From Flaccisagitta enflata (Eukaryota): a stretch of DNA of 64,000 nt. The translations under genes and the position numbers were made by a program. Location: the NCBI GenBank assembly GCA_965153355.1, contig OZ231126.1, positions 46,252,001 through 46,316,000 on the forward strand, read 5' to 3'. How positions within the stretch are numbered: the first letter of the stretch is position 1; every line of letters begins with the position of its first letter. The notes below the pieces were generated by a model. The model was not told the DNA's origin and made no database searches. It saw nothing but the letters and a program-made list of their open reading frames with translations. Below are positions 9,769 through 32,625 of this stretch, piece after piece.

Positions 9769-12084
9769 CTGAAGAAGAGTGGTCGAGAGAAATTGCAGCG
9801 CAGTTGTGATCATGGCTTTCCTGATGGGAATGACGGATCGCCGAGCTGTCGCAGTCGCATTTGCAATGTGCCGAGAGAGAAATCGCCAAATGACCCCATT
9901 TGCAATTGATGTCACCGACGCCGTTTGTAAAAATACGGCGATGAGGTAAATCAAAATTGGTAGTAGGCGACCTCCCTAATAAAGATGTTTCGGATTTGTT
10001 GACACAATGTGAATGGAACAATTAAAAAGATGTAGGTTTTTAGTCGCGTGCTACGCGACTCTACACTCCGCTTTGTCGGTCCGTCCGTCGGTCCGTCAGT
10101 CCGTTCGTCGGTCCGTCCGTCACACTTTACTTTTTTGGCGTTTATGGGTTTTTTGGCTAAACGGCTCCTGCCCAAATGCTCCACTGACCTCAAATATGGC
10201 CCCTGCCCACCCGCACGCGACTGGGGTAGCCGTGTATTCGGCCTTGTTGTCTTGTGCACGGGGTCTGAGAGTCCCTCTTTTGCAATTTTGCACTGTCCCT
10301 CCGATCCGTCTGTCATTCCGTCATGGTCAAGATTATTTGGTGACTGATGCAGTGATGCACCTGCCCGATGCCCATCAGTGCGCGCGACATGAGGATCGAC
10401 CTTGGCCTAGTAAATTGTAAGTAATAAAACGCCATCTCAGTAGCTGTAGCTATAGCACTGTATTGGCGTGGAATCTAAAGTCACCTTGCCGAGGTTCTCG
10501 AATGCATCGGCAACAAGGTCGGGAAAGTAGATGGGGCACCATACAATCGGAGGAAACAAAGAAATGATCCAAATCCAGACCAAAGCCGCGATGAAGGCGC
10601 GGTGATCCATGATCGGGCCTGGTTGGAATCTCATTGACATGATCTGTTGCGGCAAGGTGGGGCATTAACGACAATTTGGGAATCCGAATGTTGAAAGTTG
10701 AAAATGAATTCCAATGCTCAATTTACAAGGGCAATTTATGATTTTGATATGATAAGTGGTCTCCAACAGTAAGTTGGGAGCAATAGGTCAAGTACAAAGA
10801 CAAAGAGGGTGACCTACAGTCACAGTTTGATTGAAGAACCTCAGACTTTGGTTGCTGATGGTCCAAGGATTTGAGTGAATATAAATTTTACAGCAAGTGA
10901 TTTAAAAGTAAGATGACAATGATTGTCCACAGTAGCATGTGGCGCCGTAGCTCAGTTGGTAGAGTACTGGGTCTAAGGAATTAGTTTTTCTCACTTCATA
11001 GTCACAAATTCGAATCCAGAGAGGCATTGCACATTTTTTTTTTGTCCACAGTTGGTTGGAGCCAGGGGGGGCCGGCAACCCCCCAAACATGCCGTAAGAA
11101 TTAATTTTTTTCTTGTTTCACACAAATTCATGTCCAACTAAGAAGAATCTGCTGTCAAATCAATTCTTACGGCCTAGGAAGATAGCTAAAATTGATTTTA
11201 GTAATATCAAAAATCGAGAAAACCAGATTGCAATGGCAATCGTCACAGAAGAGGTTGAGGAAACATTTTAGCGTTCCTAATAAAACGCAGCGAAGGATAA
11301 CTCATCAATGTTTCACTATATGTTTAACTGCACTATGACACACAAAAATCGGGTTTCGTTAGTAATCAAAGATTACAAATTGATCGAAGAATTTCTTGAT
11401 AGTTACTTTTTCTGACCATAAAAAGTTCAAAAATCAAAACTAAGTGGTAGAATTTGTTTCAAAGAAAGTAGTCGTACCCTAAAAAAGCTCTTTAGACATT
11501 ATCAGCCTCCTTCCTCCTCTGGGTTGGAGCTAAAGCTATAAAACTATATTCACTCAATACTCTGGTCCATCAGGTTTAAGAAAAATCATGTTTCGAGCTA
11601 CTTCATCAAAACGATGTACTGTACTATCAGGGGTCTAGGTCTTCACATGCTCAAATTTTGACGAGTATTTTACCTGCTTCGTCCGTAATAATGTCACTAA
11701 CATTTCTGACAAGCTTTCAAACGAATTGTTTGCGACAATGAACATGACGCCAAAAACAATGCATGAGAATCCTTTCAACGAAACTTGTTGCAAAAGACAT
11801 CGAGAAGTGACCACTGCCAAAATACCCACGGTTCCAAAAACCATGTCCCATAACGCCAAATGGAATTGCAACACGTCAAAATGGGATCGATCAGATATTT
11901 TGCCAAGTACCAAGACGATAAAACCATTGGTCAGACAGTTGAAGGTCAAGATGCAACCTTCGAGAAAAAAGCCCAAATAATCTAACCATGAGAAAGTAAC
12001 GAAATTTGCCGTGAGATTTCTGATCATGGATGGAATCTCCGTGGAGGAGTTGGTTCCTAAGGTTTCGTTATACGATAAATTCAT
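9769..12084 (-). CDS. Divergent rhodopsin-like (class A) GPCR / chemoreceptor-like; exons 12084-11674, 10643-10485, 9975-9769, 3' exon(s) unresolved
   Basis: N-terminus rich in N-glycosylation sequons, TM1 Asn (LTNG), TM2 HLALWD, TM3 Cys and LLRTKQ|IMS in the DRY position, TM4 VWIWIISLFPP, and TM5-ICL3-TM6 (LIYLIAVFL...IRKAMITT). Phase-0 GT-AG junctions. Confidence 0.7.
10037..10248 (+). mobile_element. Interspersed repeat family A (DINE-1/HINE-like), representative copy; at least 12 more in the window
   Basis: TTTTTAGTCGCGTGCTACGCGACTCTA 5' palindrome, (GTCC/GTCG)n stretch, CACGCGACT subterminal repeat and 3' hairpin GCCGTGTATYCGGCCTTGTT. Other copies near 7191-7380, 15222-15372, 16547-16705, 18756-18958, 29897-30053, 40125-40240, 43547-43690, 46712-46875, 48435-48636, 50725-50925, 61730-61815 and 63250-63465. 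Confidence 0.75.
10941..11043 (+). pseudogene. Degenerate tRNA-like sequence (tRNA pseudogene or SINE head) in GPCR intron 1
   Basis: GGCGCCG-TAGCTCAGTTGGTAGAGTA (A-box/D arm), TTCGAATCC at 11009-11017 (B-box-like) and a downstream T-run. The acceptor and T stems do not pair well. Confidence 0.55.
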
Positions 12085-12915
12085 CGTTTCCCGACAATGA
12101 GAAAAAGATCGCAGAGCAACTTAGCTTTGAAGTGCGAAAGTGCATCTAGAACTGAGATACGTTAAGGTAACGCGAACAACGCGTGATTTACTAGCTTGGG
12201 GCAATTTTTCCTATAAAGTGGGCCGGCTGAAAAACATGATTTGGCGGCAATAAAAACACTGTTTTTTTCCACCAATTATTCTGTTGATGATGAAAGCTGT
12301 TCTAAGACATCCCTTGGGACAAAGTGCCTAACATACATCCTTCAAATTCACGATTTTGATAGGTTAGGTGGCCAAAAGTAGAGCCAAAACAGCCCATTTT
12401 CCCTGTCACACTTGTGTCACACTTCTATCTACCACGATAAAAACATAAAAAAATTGTCAAGCCTTACCAACGATAGGTCATTTTTGTACCATTGCCATCC
12501 CTAAAGAAGCATCATAAATTTGATGGTGACTGGTGGACATTTACTATGCGGAAATTTCATTCATAGTTGATTTGTTGAAAATGATAAAATATCTCATCTT
12601 GATATAGTAATATGCAATACATAGAAAAGCATATCTTTAACTATGATGTAGAATTTCCTTTTTTCCCCTGTTTAGTAAAGGCATAACCCAGGTTACATGC
12701 CAAATTTCAGAACTTCATGTCATTTTTAGCCAAAGATATTGATTTTTTAAAAAAGTGTCCTATCGAGTTAACACCTTGTCACACTATGTCACACTGTTTT
12801 TCACAAAAATTTATATAATTGAACACAGTTCAAGACTGTAAGTGATTTTTTCAGTTTGACTTGAAAGAGTATCAAATTCTGAGCCTGTTACCAAAATTTT
12901 AAGCTGATAGATGCA

Positions 12916-13215
12916 CAGGCGTGTATAATGTTGAGTATTCCCCCCCCCCCCGGTGGGGGGGGGAATAAAATCAAAAGCTTGAAAAAAAAGAAAAAAGAAA
13001 ATTTTTGAAGATTTAACACTTTTCGCAGTACCAAAAGGTAAAATGTAATTACTACAACACAATTTAACACTATTAAAACCTAAAATATACTGTTTTATAG
13101 CTTTGAGGGTAAAAAAATCAATGATTTTGTAACGCAACATGACGCGTCGCGGGGAAGAAAATCAAATGCAGGGGGGGGAATAAAATCAAATGCCACTCAA
13201 CATTATACACCCCTG
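12916..13215. mobile_element. hAT-like MITE (300 bp)
   Basis: TIRs CAGGCGTGTATAATG / CATTATACACCCCTG with an 8-bp TSD TAGATGCA (12908-12915, 13216-13223). Confidence 0.85.
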
Positions 13216-13254
13216 TAGATGCAACTATCAGTGAATCACATTATTTTTTTCAAT

Positions 13255-14101
13255 GTTCGGGAAAAAAGTCGAAGTCTGTCTTCGACTTTTTGACATATTC
13301 GAGAGAAACAGGGTTTTCATTTTCTTATGCGAAAGTTGGGGAACTCATCCGGCTGATTGAGGCCTCCAATGAAATTCATAGGGTAAGTAAATTTAATAAT
13401 TCTCTTTCATTTGGCGCCAAGCAGAAGTCTCTGGGACAAATATTTTTCGCGCTATGATTTTTTAAAGATTTATTTATGAAAAATAAAAATAGAATTTTTT
13501 TTTTATTTTTTAAGATTTTGTGTAGGATCAATAAAGGAGTGTATATATGTTTACTTGAGCATGCAAATACAAAAAAACATGTTTATGAGCACAACTGCTC
13601 ATCTGTGAGGGCATTTTTGAGCATTTTAGCTCATTTAGCTCACTTGGCTTAGTCTATTCTTTCTGATTTCAAAAACAACAAATGAATAAATATTTTCATA
13701 CTTGTTTAAGCAAACAAAATAAAAAAAAACATGTCAGTGAGCAGAGCTGCTCATCTATAGGGGCATTTACAATTATTCTAGCTCATTTAGCTCATTTACC
13801 TTGCTCTTTTACTCTGATTTTAAATAGGATAAATACAATAATGTTTAGACCTTAGCATGCAAATACAATAAAGCATGTCAGTGAGCAAGGCTGGTTGTCT
13901 GGTTGAATTTGAATATTTTAGCTCATCTAGCTCATTTGGCTCAGTCCTATTTTTCTCTGATTTTCAGTACAATCAATACATACAATTGCTTTTGATTTGA
14001 TCTAACAAATAAAAAAAATTCAGTGACTAAAGATAAAAGCATGGTGAAAAGTGACCAATGCTTACGACTTTTTTCCTCACGGCGACAGCCGCCATTACTG
14101 G
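13255..14101 (-). mobile_element. Interspersed repeat family D copy
   Basis: Reverse complement of 5976-6810 along its length, including both end motifs. Confidence 0.7.
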
Positions 14102-14303
14102 TAACTCAATCAGGCGGTTGATTTTGGCCAGGCCGGTTTATAGGAGAAACTGCCTTGGCGATTGAATTTATTGATTCCCCGATCACGAAATCAGGCAATG
14201 CAAGGGACGTTCATGATGCCCCAGAACGTCTCAGATAGCGTCGGTCTTGGATTCCAAAGCAAGGAAAAGAAAAAAACAAAAACAAAATCCATGAGTATAC
14301 ATA

Positions 14304-14909
14304 CTACCTAGGAAATAATTATAGCACCAAAATAAGTTTCAGCCCATTACTGGACTATAAAAGTACAAGAAAAGGTTTGCAGGCGTCTTGATGTTTTGTG
14401 TGTCATCTTTCCTGTCCAGTAACTAATTGCACTAATGGCGGCATCAATCGTTTTTAGGCTTTTACTGTCAAATGGTCTGGCATGTTCCAGCGCATTCAGC
14501 GTGGCTTTCTGAAAAAGTCAATCTGAGGAGCGCATTACAGTCCATGTTTATGACGTCTTTATGAGCTCATTTTGAGCGTGAGTCCCTTTGAAGTAAGTGA
14601 ATGCAGTCGTGTACATCATGTATCAAGAAGAAGAAAAATCTGCCAAAAAAGTCCAAATAAAAATCAGCTATGACTCATTAAAGTTGGCACCAAAAACGAA
14701 TCAAAAAGCTTTTTACAAAATAGCATCTGATATCTATTCACGTTTTTGATTGTAACTTTTAAACAGATTGAGCTGGAAGGTTCTGCTTGGTCTTGATCGA
14801 AAGATAATTTCTTGGAGATCGTTTTTTTTTTTTTTAAAAGTTAAATTCATTAAGATTAACACAAAGTTATAGAAGGTTTATCTTGGTGCTATGAATATTT
14901 CCTAGGTAG
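14304..14909. mobile_element. TA-flanked MITE
   Basis: TIRs CTACCTAGGAAATAATTATAGCACCAA / TTGGTGCTATGAATATTTCCTAGGTAG with TA on both sides. Confidence 0.7.
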
Positions 14910-16093
14910 TAGTCTTGCTTTTAAAACCTCTTTGCCCCAAACAAATTGTTGCTGTGAAATGGAAAAAATGATTTCTATCATGTGATTTTTGTTTTACTAA
15001 AGACAATGACAATAGTCAATTGTTTAGCTATTTTCAGTCTTAAAACTGCCAAGGGACATCTCATGGCATTAAGAGGCAATTACAGACCTGCACCCATATC
15101 CTAAATACATGAAATACATTTTGAAAACAAAAAGAAATTGGCTCTTATTTGAAAAATCAATAAAGGACACAAGAATTGATCTTTTACACTTGTCTTAATT
15201 GATACATTTGTTATCTTATTCTTTTTAGTCGCGGACACGCGACTCTACATCTTGCCGTGTCAGTTGGTCCGTCGGTTCGTCCCTCTGTCACATTTTTGAA
15301 CTGCGATCCGTTTTCGCATTACTGCTCCTACCCAACCGTCCGCGACTAGATTGCCGTGTATCCGGCCTTGCTTTAATTTGAGAATGATTCAGCTTAAAGG
15401 GGGATTTTATTCAGTTAGTATTCGAGGGATGGTTAAGCCGAAAAAAGATAAAGCGGTTTGCATAATGTCGAGCAAAGGCTTAACAATTGTTGCTCTGACT
15501 GGTTTGACCTCATTTAAGATTTTTGATATTCATGTTTACGTTAATAGATCGAAGATCGGAGCTTCTCTGCCAAGTTAATCTCAGAATGCATCAACAATAA
15601 GAACAAATATATCTGAGTAGTACTAACACGCTCATTGATAATAAAAGTTAGTGATGATACGCGAAAAATATTCTCTCGCTGACTAGCTACACCATGTGAC
15701 TGCAAAATGATTGGAATTTTGGAAATATAGGTCAAATTCGAATTACCAATTCTCTTAACGTTTCATTCATTATCAAGAACGAGACTGCCACTAACGACAA
15801 CAAAAGGTTAATCAAAATGCAGCCGTGAAGGTATCCGAATGAAAGAATGAAAGCAAAATATTGAATTAGACTCATTTTATGACAATCTCTTTAATAGATT
15901 CATTCCATCCATCCGTCCGTCCATCCGTCCGTCCGCGCCCGTCCGACCGTTTAAGCATGGAAAGCAGTGAGAAATGGTCGACCCAGCAAAAAATACAAAA
16001 CAAAGAAAAACAAACAATGAAACCAAATAAACGAAGAAGCAGTATCAGACACATCAGTTCAAATTTCATCTCACTGTTCCAGCAAAAAAAATT

Positions 16094-28401
<12,308 letters not shown>

Positions 28402-29721
28402 CTTTTTATGGTTTCTGCAATTTTGATACTTTTATTGTTCAAAAGTTGGAAAGGACAGCATCCGGTTTTTGGTTCGTTTGTTTTTCATTTGTTTTTTTTT
28501 CCTTCGTTTCGATCTTTTTGTTCTTTGTTTTGTCTTTTGTTTTTTATTTTTGTCTTTTTTTTTTTTTTTTGTCTTTTTTTTTTGGTTGTTCCTTAGCTTC
28601 CTTATGTATTCTTGTTCCACCCGTTTCACTTTTTTCTCTTCTGGATTCAATTTGGAGTTAATAAAAACGGGATTACTTAATTAAAAGACGAATCAATTTC
28701 ATTATGATTTATGAATTTTGACTGGCTGACTGAGTACGAAACTATTGTGTGAGCAACAAAACCTTGGGTCACACGATCACTTGTCAGAAATTGTCGTCTA
28801 CGTGTCCTTTTTTTAAACTCGAGAGTCTCTTTAGAACGAAAGGAGTTAAAGTTTGACTTGATTCTAGGGAAATTCAAGAATCTTAACTCCAGAAACGAGG
28901 CAAGAAAAAAAATGGATCTTTACATTTCGTGTCGAGGATTTTCATTATGTTGATTCCAATTCTTCTAGATAATGTATTTGTATTCAAACCGTGTCGATGC
29001 CGCGAGGCTAGGAGTCAGTTTTGAACGTGTATCGCGTTACAGCTATATACAGCTAAATACAGCTAGGAACATTCTTCATACATTTTTGCTACGCTGTCTT
29101 TCGCAATAGCGTTGTCCCTGAAAAAGCATTGCCTTAAAGAGCAATGCGCGAAAAAGTAGTAAGGAGAGCCAATTTGAATTGTTGTTTGTTTGCACGTTTG
29201 TTGCAAGTAGTAAACATGTATAAGGCAAAATGTCATCATCAGAGCTCACGTGCTCCTTTGTGATAAGAATCTGCTTTATCGAAAAATTTCGCCAACTGAG
29301 AAAAGTGAGGCTCAGCCATTTATCTACATTTGACAACAAAAGTAAAGTGGGAACATATGGCTTGATTTCTCAACGACAGTTGTCGCGGTTCCCAGTGAGA
29401 GACGTTCACTCGGGCCAGGAAAAAAATGTGAAAGTAAAAGAGGATAGATTGATTCATAGCAACAGATAGAAAGATAAATAGACAGATTTAAAGACAGATA
29501 CGTAAGCAAATAGACAAAAAGATAGATGGACAGAAAGACAATCGTATACTTCATGAAGAGATAGATGGTTAGTGCGATAGAAGAAAAGAAGAAAGATAAG
29601 AAACAAGTGACGCGGGGTAACAATGACGTCGCGGACGCGGACGGGTGTCAAGGCGATCCAATTCCGATCCACCCCACACACAAACAATGAGAATCCAAAA
29701 CACTCGTTTTTCCACTCAATC

Positions 29722-29812
29722 AAGAAAAGAAGAAAACAAGAGAAAAAGAAAGAAAGAAGAAAAAGAGAGAAAAAGAAAGAAAGAAAGAAAGAAAGAACGA
29801 AAGAAAGAACGA

Positions 29813-29896
<84 letters not shown>

Positions 29897-30452
29897 AAAC
29901 AAGGCCGGATCCACGGCAATCCAGTCGCGGACGGTTTGGCAGGGGCGGTGCGAAAACCGCTCGGAATTCAAAAATGTGACGGACGGTCGGACCTGCCGAC
30001 CGACCTACCGACCGACACGACAAGGTGTAGAGTCGCGTGTCCGCGACTAAAAAGAATGAAAGAAACAAGTCATCAAAGGATCGGTACCCCATGCCCTGCT
30101 TGGAGTGATTGCTGAAGAGGTGGAGTGAGGGCACAGGGGTGAATTTCTATATGTCCTGAAAGGGCATATTTGAGGCCTTTGAAGCAATTTAACATGATAT
30201 TCAAATTTCAATGGGAGTTTTTCTTTTTTTCAATTTCTCATCAATTTGCCATGTTATTCAACGGAAATTTTACATTCTTTTCATTTTTCATCAATTTTCC
30301 ATGTTATTCAATATGAAGTTTCGCATTTTATTCAATAGTCTTATTTCAGAAAGTTAGAAGCTTGGGGAACGTGCGTAACGGTTCACCCTGTGTCCTACAG
30401 GACACGGCCTTTAGGGCCGCTGCCCCGGAAAGAAAAAAGAAAAGGAAAGAAA

Positions 30453-30493
<41 letters not shown>

Positions 30494-30612
30494 GAGAAAG
30501 AAAGAAAGAAAAAGAAAGAAAGAAAAAAAGAAAGAAAGAAAGAAAGAAAAAAAATAAATGAAAAGAAAGAAAAAAGAAAAAGAAAAGAAAAAGAAAGAAA
30601 AAGAAAAAGAAA

Positions 30613-30652
<40 letters not shown>

Positions 30653-30707
30653 GGGAACGAAAGAAAGAAAAAAAGATTGAAAGAAACAAGGAAAGAAAGA
30701 AAGAAAA

Positions 30708-30755
<48 letters not shown>

Positions 30756-30769
30756 AAAAGAAAAAAATA

Positions 30770-30845
<76 letters not shown>

Positions 30846-30899
30846 GAGAAAGAGAGAAAGAAAGAGAGAAAGAAAGAAAAAGGATGAAAGAAAAAAGGA

Positions 30900-30974
<75 letters not shown>

Positions 30975-30985
30975 TAAGAAAGGAA
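29722..30985. repeat. (AAAG)n microsatellite tracts (29722-29898, 30428-30985) flanking family A and B elements
   Basis: Directly visible. Confidence 0.95.
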
Positions 30986-31476
30986 GTACGGTAACTGACG
31001 GGAAACCGCTTGGTAATAGAAATCTGATGTTTGTTCTTGATCAAGCCCGCCAACAGTGCAGTGCAGTGCAGTGTTTACACAAATACATTTTAGAGCCAAA
31101 ACTACAGTTACACCCCGGTACACCGTACCCAAAAATTATGGAAATCCGCCTATTGCAAATATAAAATGCTTTTCCCCTCAGGCCATTTCTTTTTTATCTC
31201 TCATGTGGGCCATAATGTAGATCCGCGTATAACAAAAAATAGAAAAAAGAAAATTATTTGGTCCTTTGACATCCGTTATTGCGGGTTTGTCTTTACTTTT
31301 ATTCTGTTTGACGTTAATTCCAACCCTCCGTGTCGGCTTCTTCTGTCTAGGTCACAAAGGAAAGACTGCATTTGTGTGATATTCGATGCGCTTTCTGTAG
31401 CCCCGCCATCTTTAGCCTATCATTAGCCTCGTGGTTTAAGCCTCGTGAATGTTCAGTTGCCGTTCACTCGTCGTTC

Positions 31477-31670
31477 ATTGGCTGACGTCATCATGGTTGT
31501 ATTCATCCGCGCACACTTTATCGTTATTGCCATATTTGGGCATTGCGTCACCCGTTTTGAACCGCTTCACTGTCGCTCTAGAAGTATCTATGCGCGTGGG
31601 TGAGGGTTGAGTTTGGGAACTATTTTTTGTATTTGCTCTTAAATACCGGAGCGCGTGGTCGTTTGTCAGT
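31477..31670 (+). promoter_or_regulatory. Predicted LTR Pol II promoter: inverted CCAAT box plus CRE, TATA-like box, initiator
   Basis: ATTGG at 31477-31481, TGACGTCA at 31483-31490, TTAAATA at 31639-31645 and TCAGT at 31666-31670 (TATA about 29 nt upstream of the Inr A). AATAAA at 31837-31842. Confidence 0.55.
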
Positions 31671-31707
31671 AGCAGTTCGTGGTGTAGTGTGGAACCGTCC
31701 GACCATA

Positions 31708-31814
31708 GTAAGTTGAAGTTGATATTGAATTGTGTGTATTAAATTGTTTGTATTTCTTTACGCCCCTTAACAAGGCCTAATGGTTTCTCCCCCTTTTTTT
31801 GTCCCTTTTTGTAG
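31708..31814 (+). other. Predicted 107-nt spliceosomal intron inside the LTR (copy at 39326-39432)
   Basis: Consensus donor GTAAGT, branch-like CTAAT at 31777-31781, long polypyrimidine tract and TAG acceptor. The size matches host introns in this window. Confidence 0.75.
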
Positions 31815-32625
31815 ATTTGACGTGTCGATGCGATGAAATAAATGTTTTTGATTCAACCACGTGCTTTTCGATAGACGGAAAGGATAAGCTACTCAATTCT
31901 CACGCTAGAAATATCCAATAGTCAAATTATGTGGACTTCGCCGCTCTTTTCTCATCGTCCTTCGATCCAGTGAAATTATCGGACAATCGTCGCGGACCCG
32001 TCTATCGTCGCGGACCCGTCAATCGCCGTGGTCCTGTCAATCGCGCCTTTTGTTCTCAAGAGGAAAAGAAAGTTTTGTCCTCGTCGCATCGGAGATTCCC
32101 AAAACGCGGCTCTCTCTGTCTCTCTCCTTCCCTCACTGCCGGACCGAGAAAAACAAACGGAAAAATCGCGAGTCTGGAGTGGGGAGAATTAAAAGTTTTC
32201 CGTCAGCTTCTAAAGGGAGAAAACAAGTAAGAAGTCAGCCTACCGCCCGCTGCTTCTACATCGCCGCTAAAACGCCTAAAAGTAAAGTAATAACGTGATT
32301 TCAAGTGAAAGTTAATCCGTTGTTCATCGTGTTTAAGTGAACACGTGGGCCATCGTGAGTTGATCTTGCATTGGCCCAAAGTCGGAAAGGTTGTACCTCC
32401 TCTTTCTCCGTTCGTCCATTCATCAAGTATATCTCCGTCTCTTAATCCATCCATTGTCCGTCGGTCCAAACATCGGTGTAAGTCATCGTAGTTTGGTCCG
32501 TCATCGCTAATCTCTATCTCTTTCTTCGTCACTGGGGAAAAGTAACCCGACGCTTCCATTGTTGTTCATCGTTCAATTGACTGTTGTTCTCCGACGATTG
32601 ATTGTTGCCTATCGCCGCCTGAGTA

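Larger units (their letters stand above)
31373..31920 (+). repeat. 5' LTR
   Basis: Direct repeat of 38991-39538 (offset 7618); begins TGTGTG and ends CCAATA. Confidence 0.95.

Noticed and set aside
29454-31132. Long ORFs of (KKER)n, (FFLS)n, (ER)n and similar ORFs elsewhere (19317-19952, 43147-44541, 56002-56595)
   Set aside because: Stop-free translations of microsatellites with no coding signal.
31915-31921. Alternative LTR end at canonical CA (31917/39535)
   Set aside because: LTR identity continues through ATA, and the 5-bp TSD fits only an end at 31920/39538.
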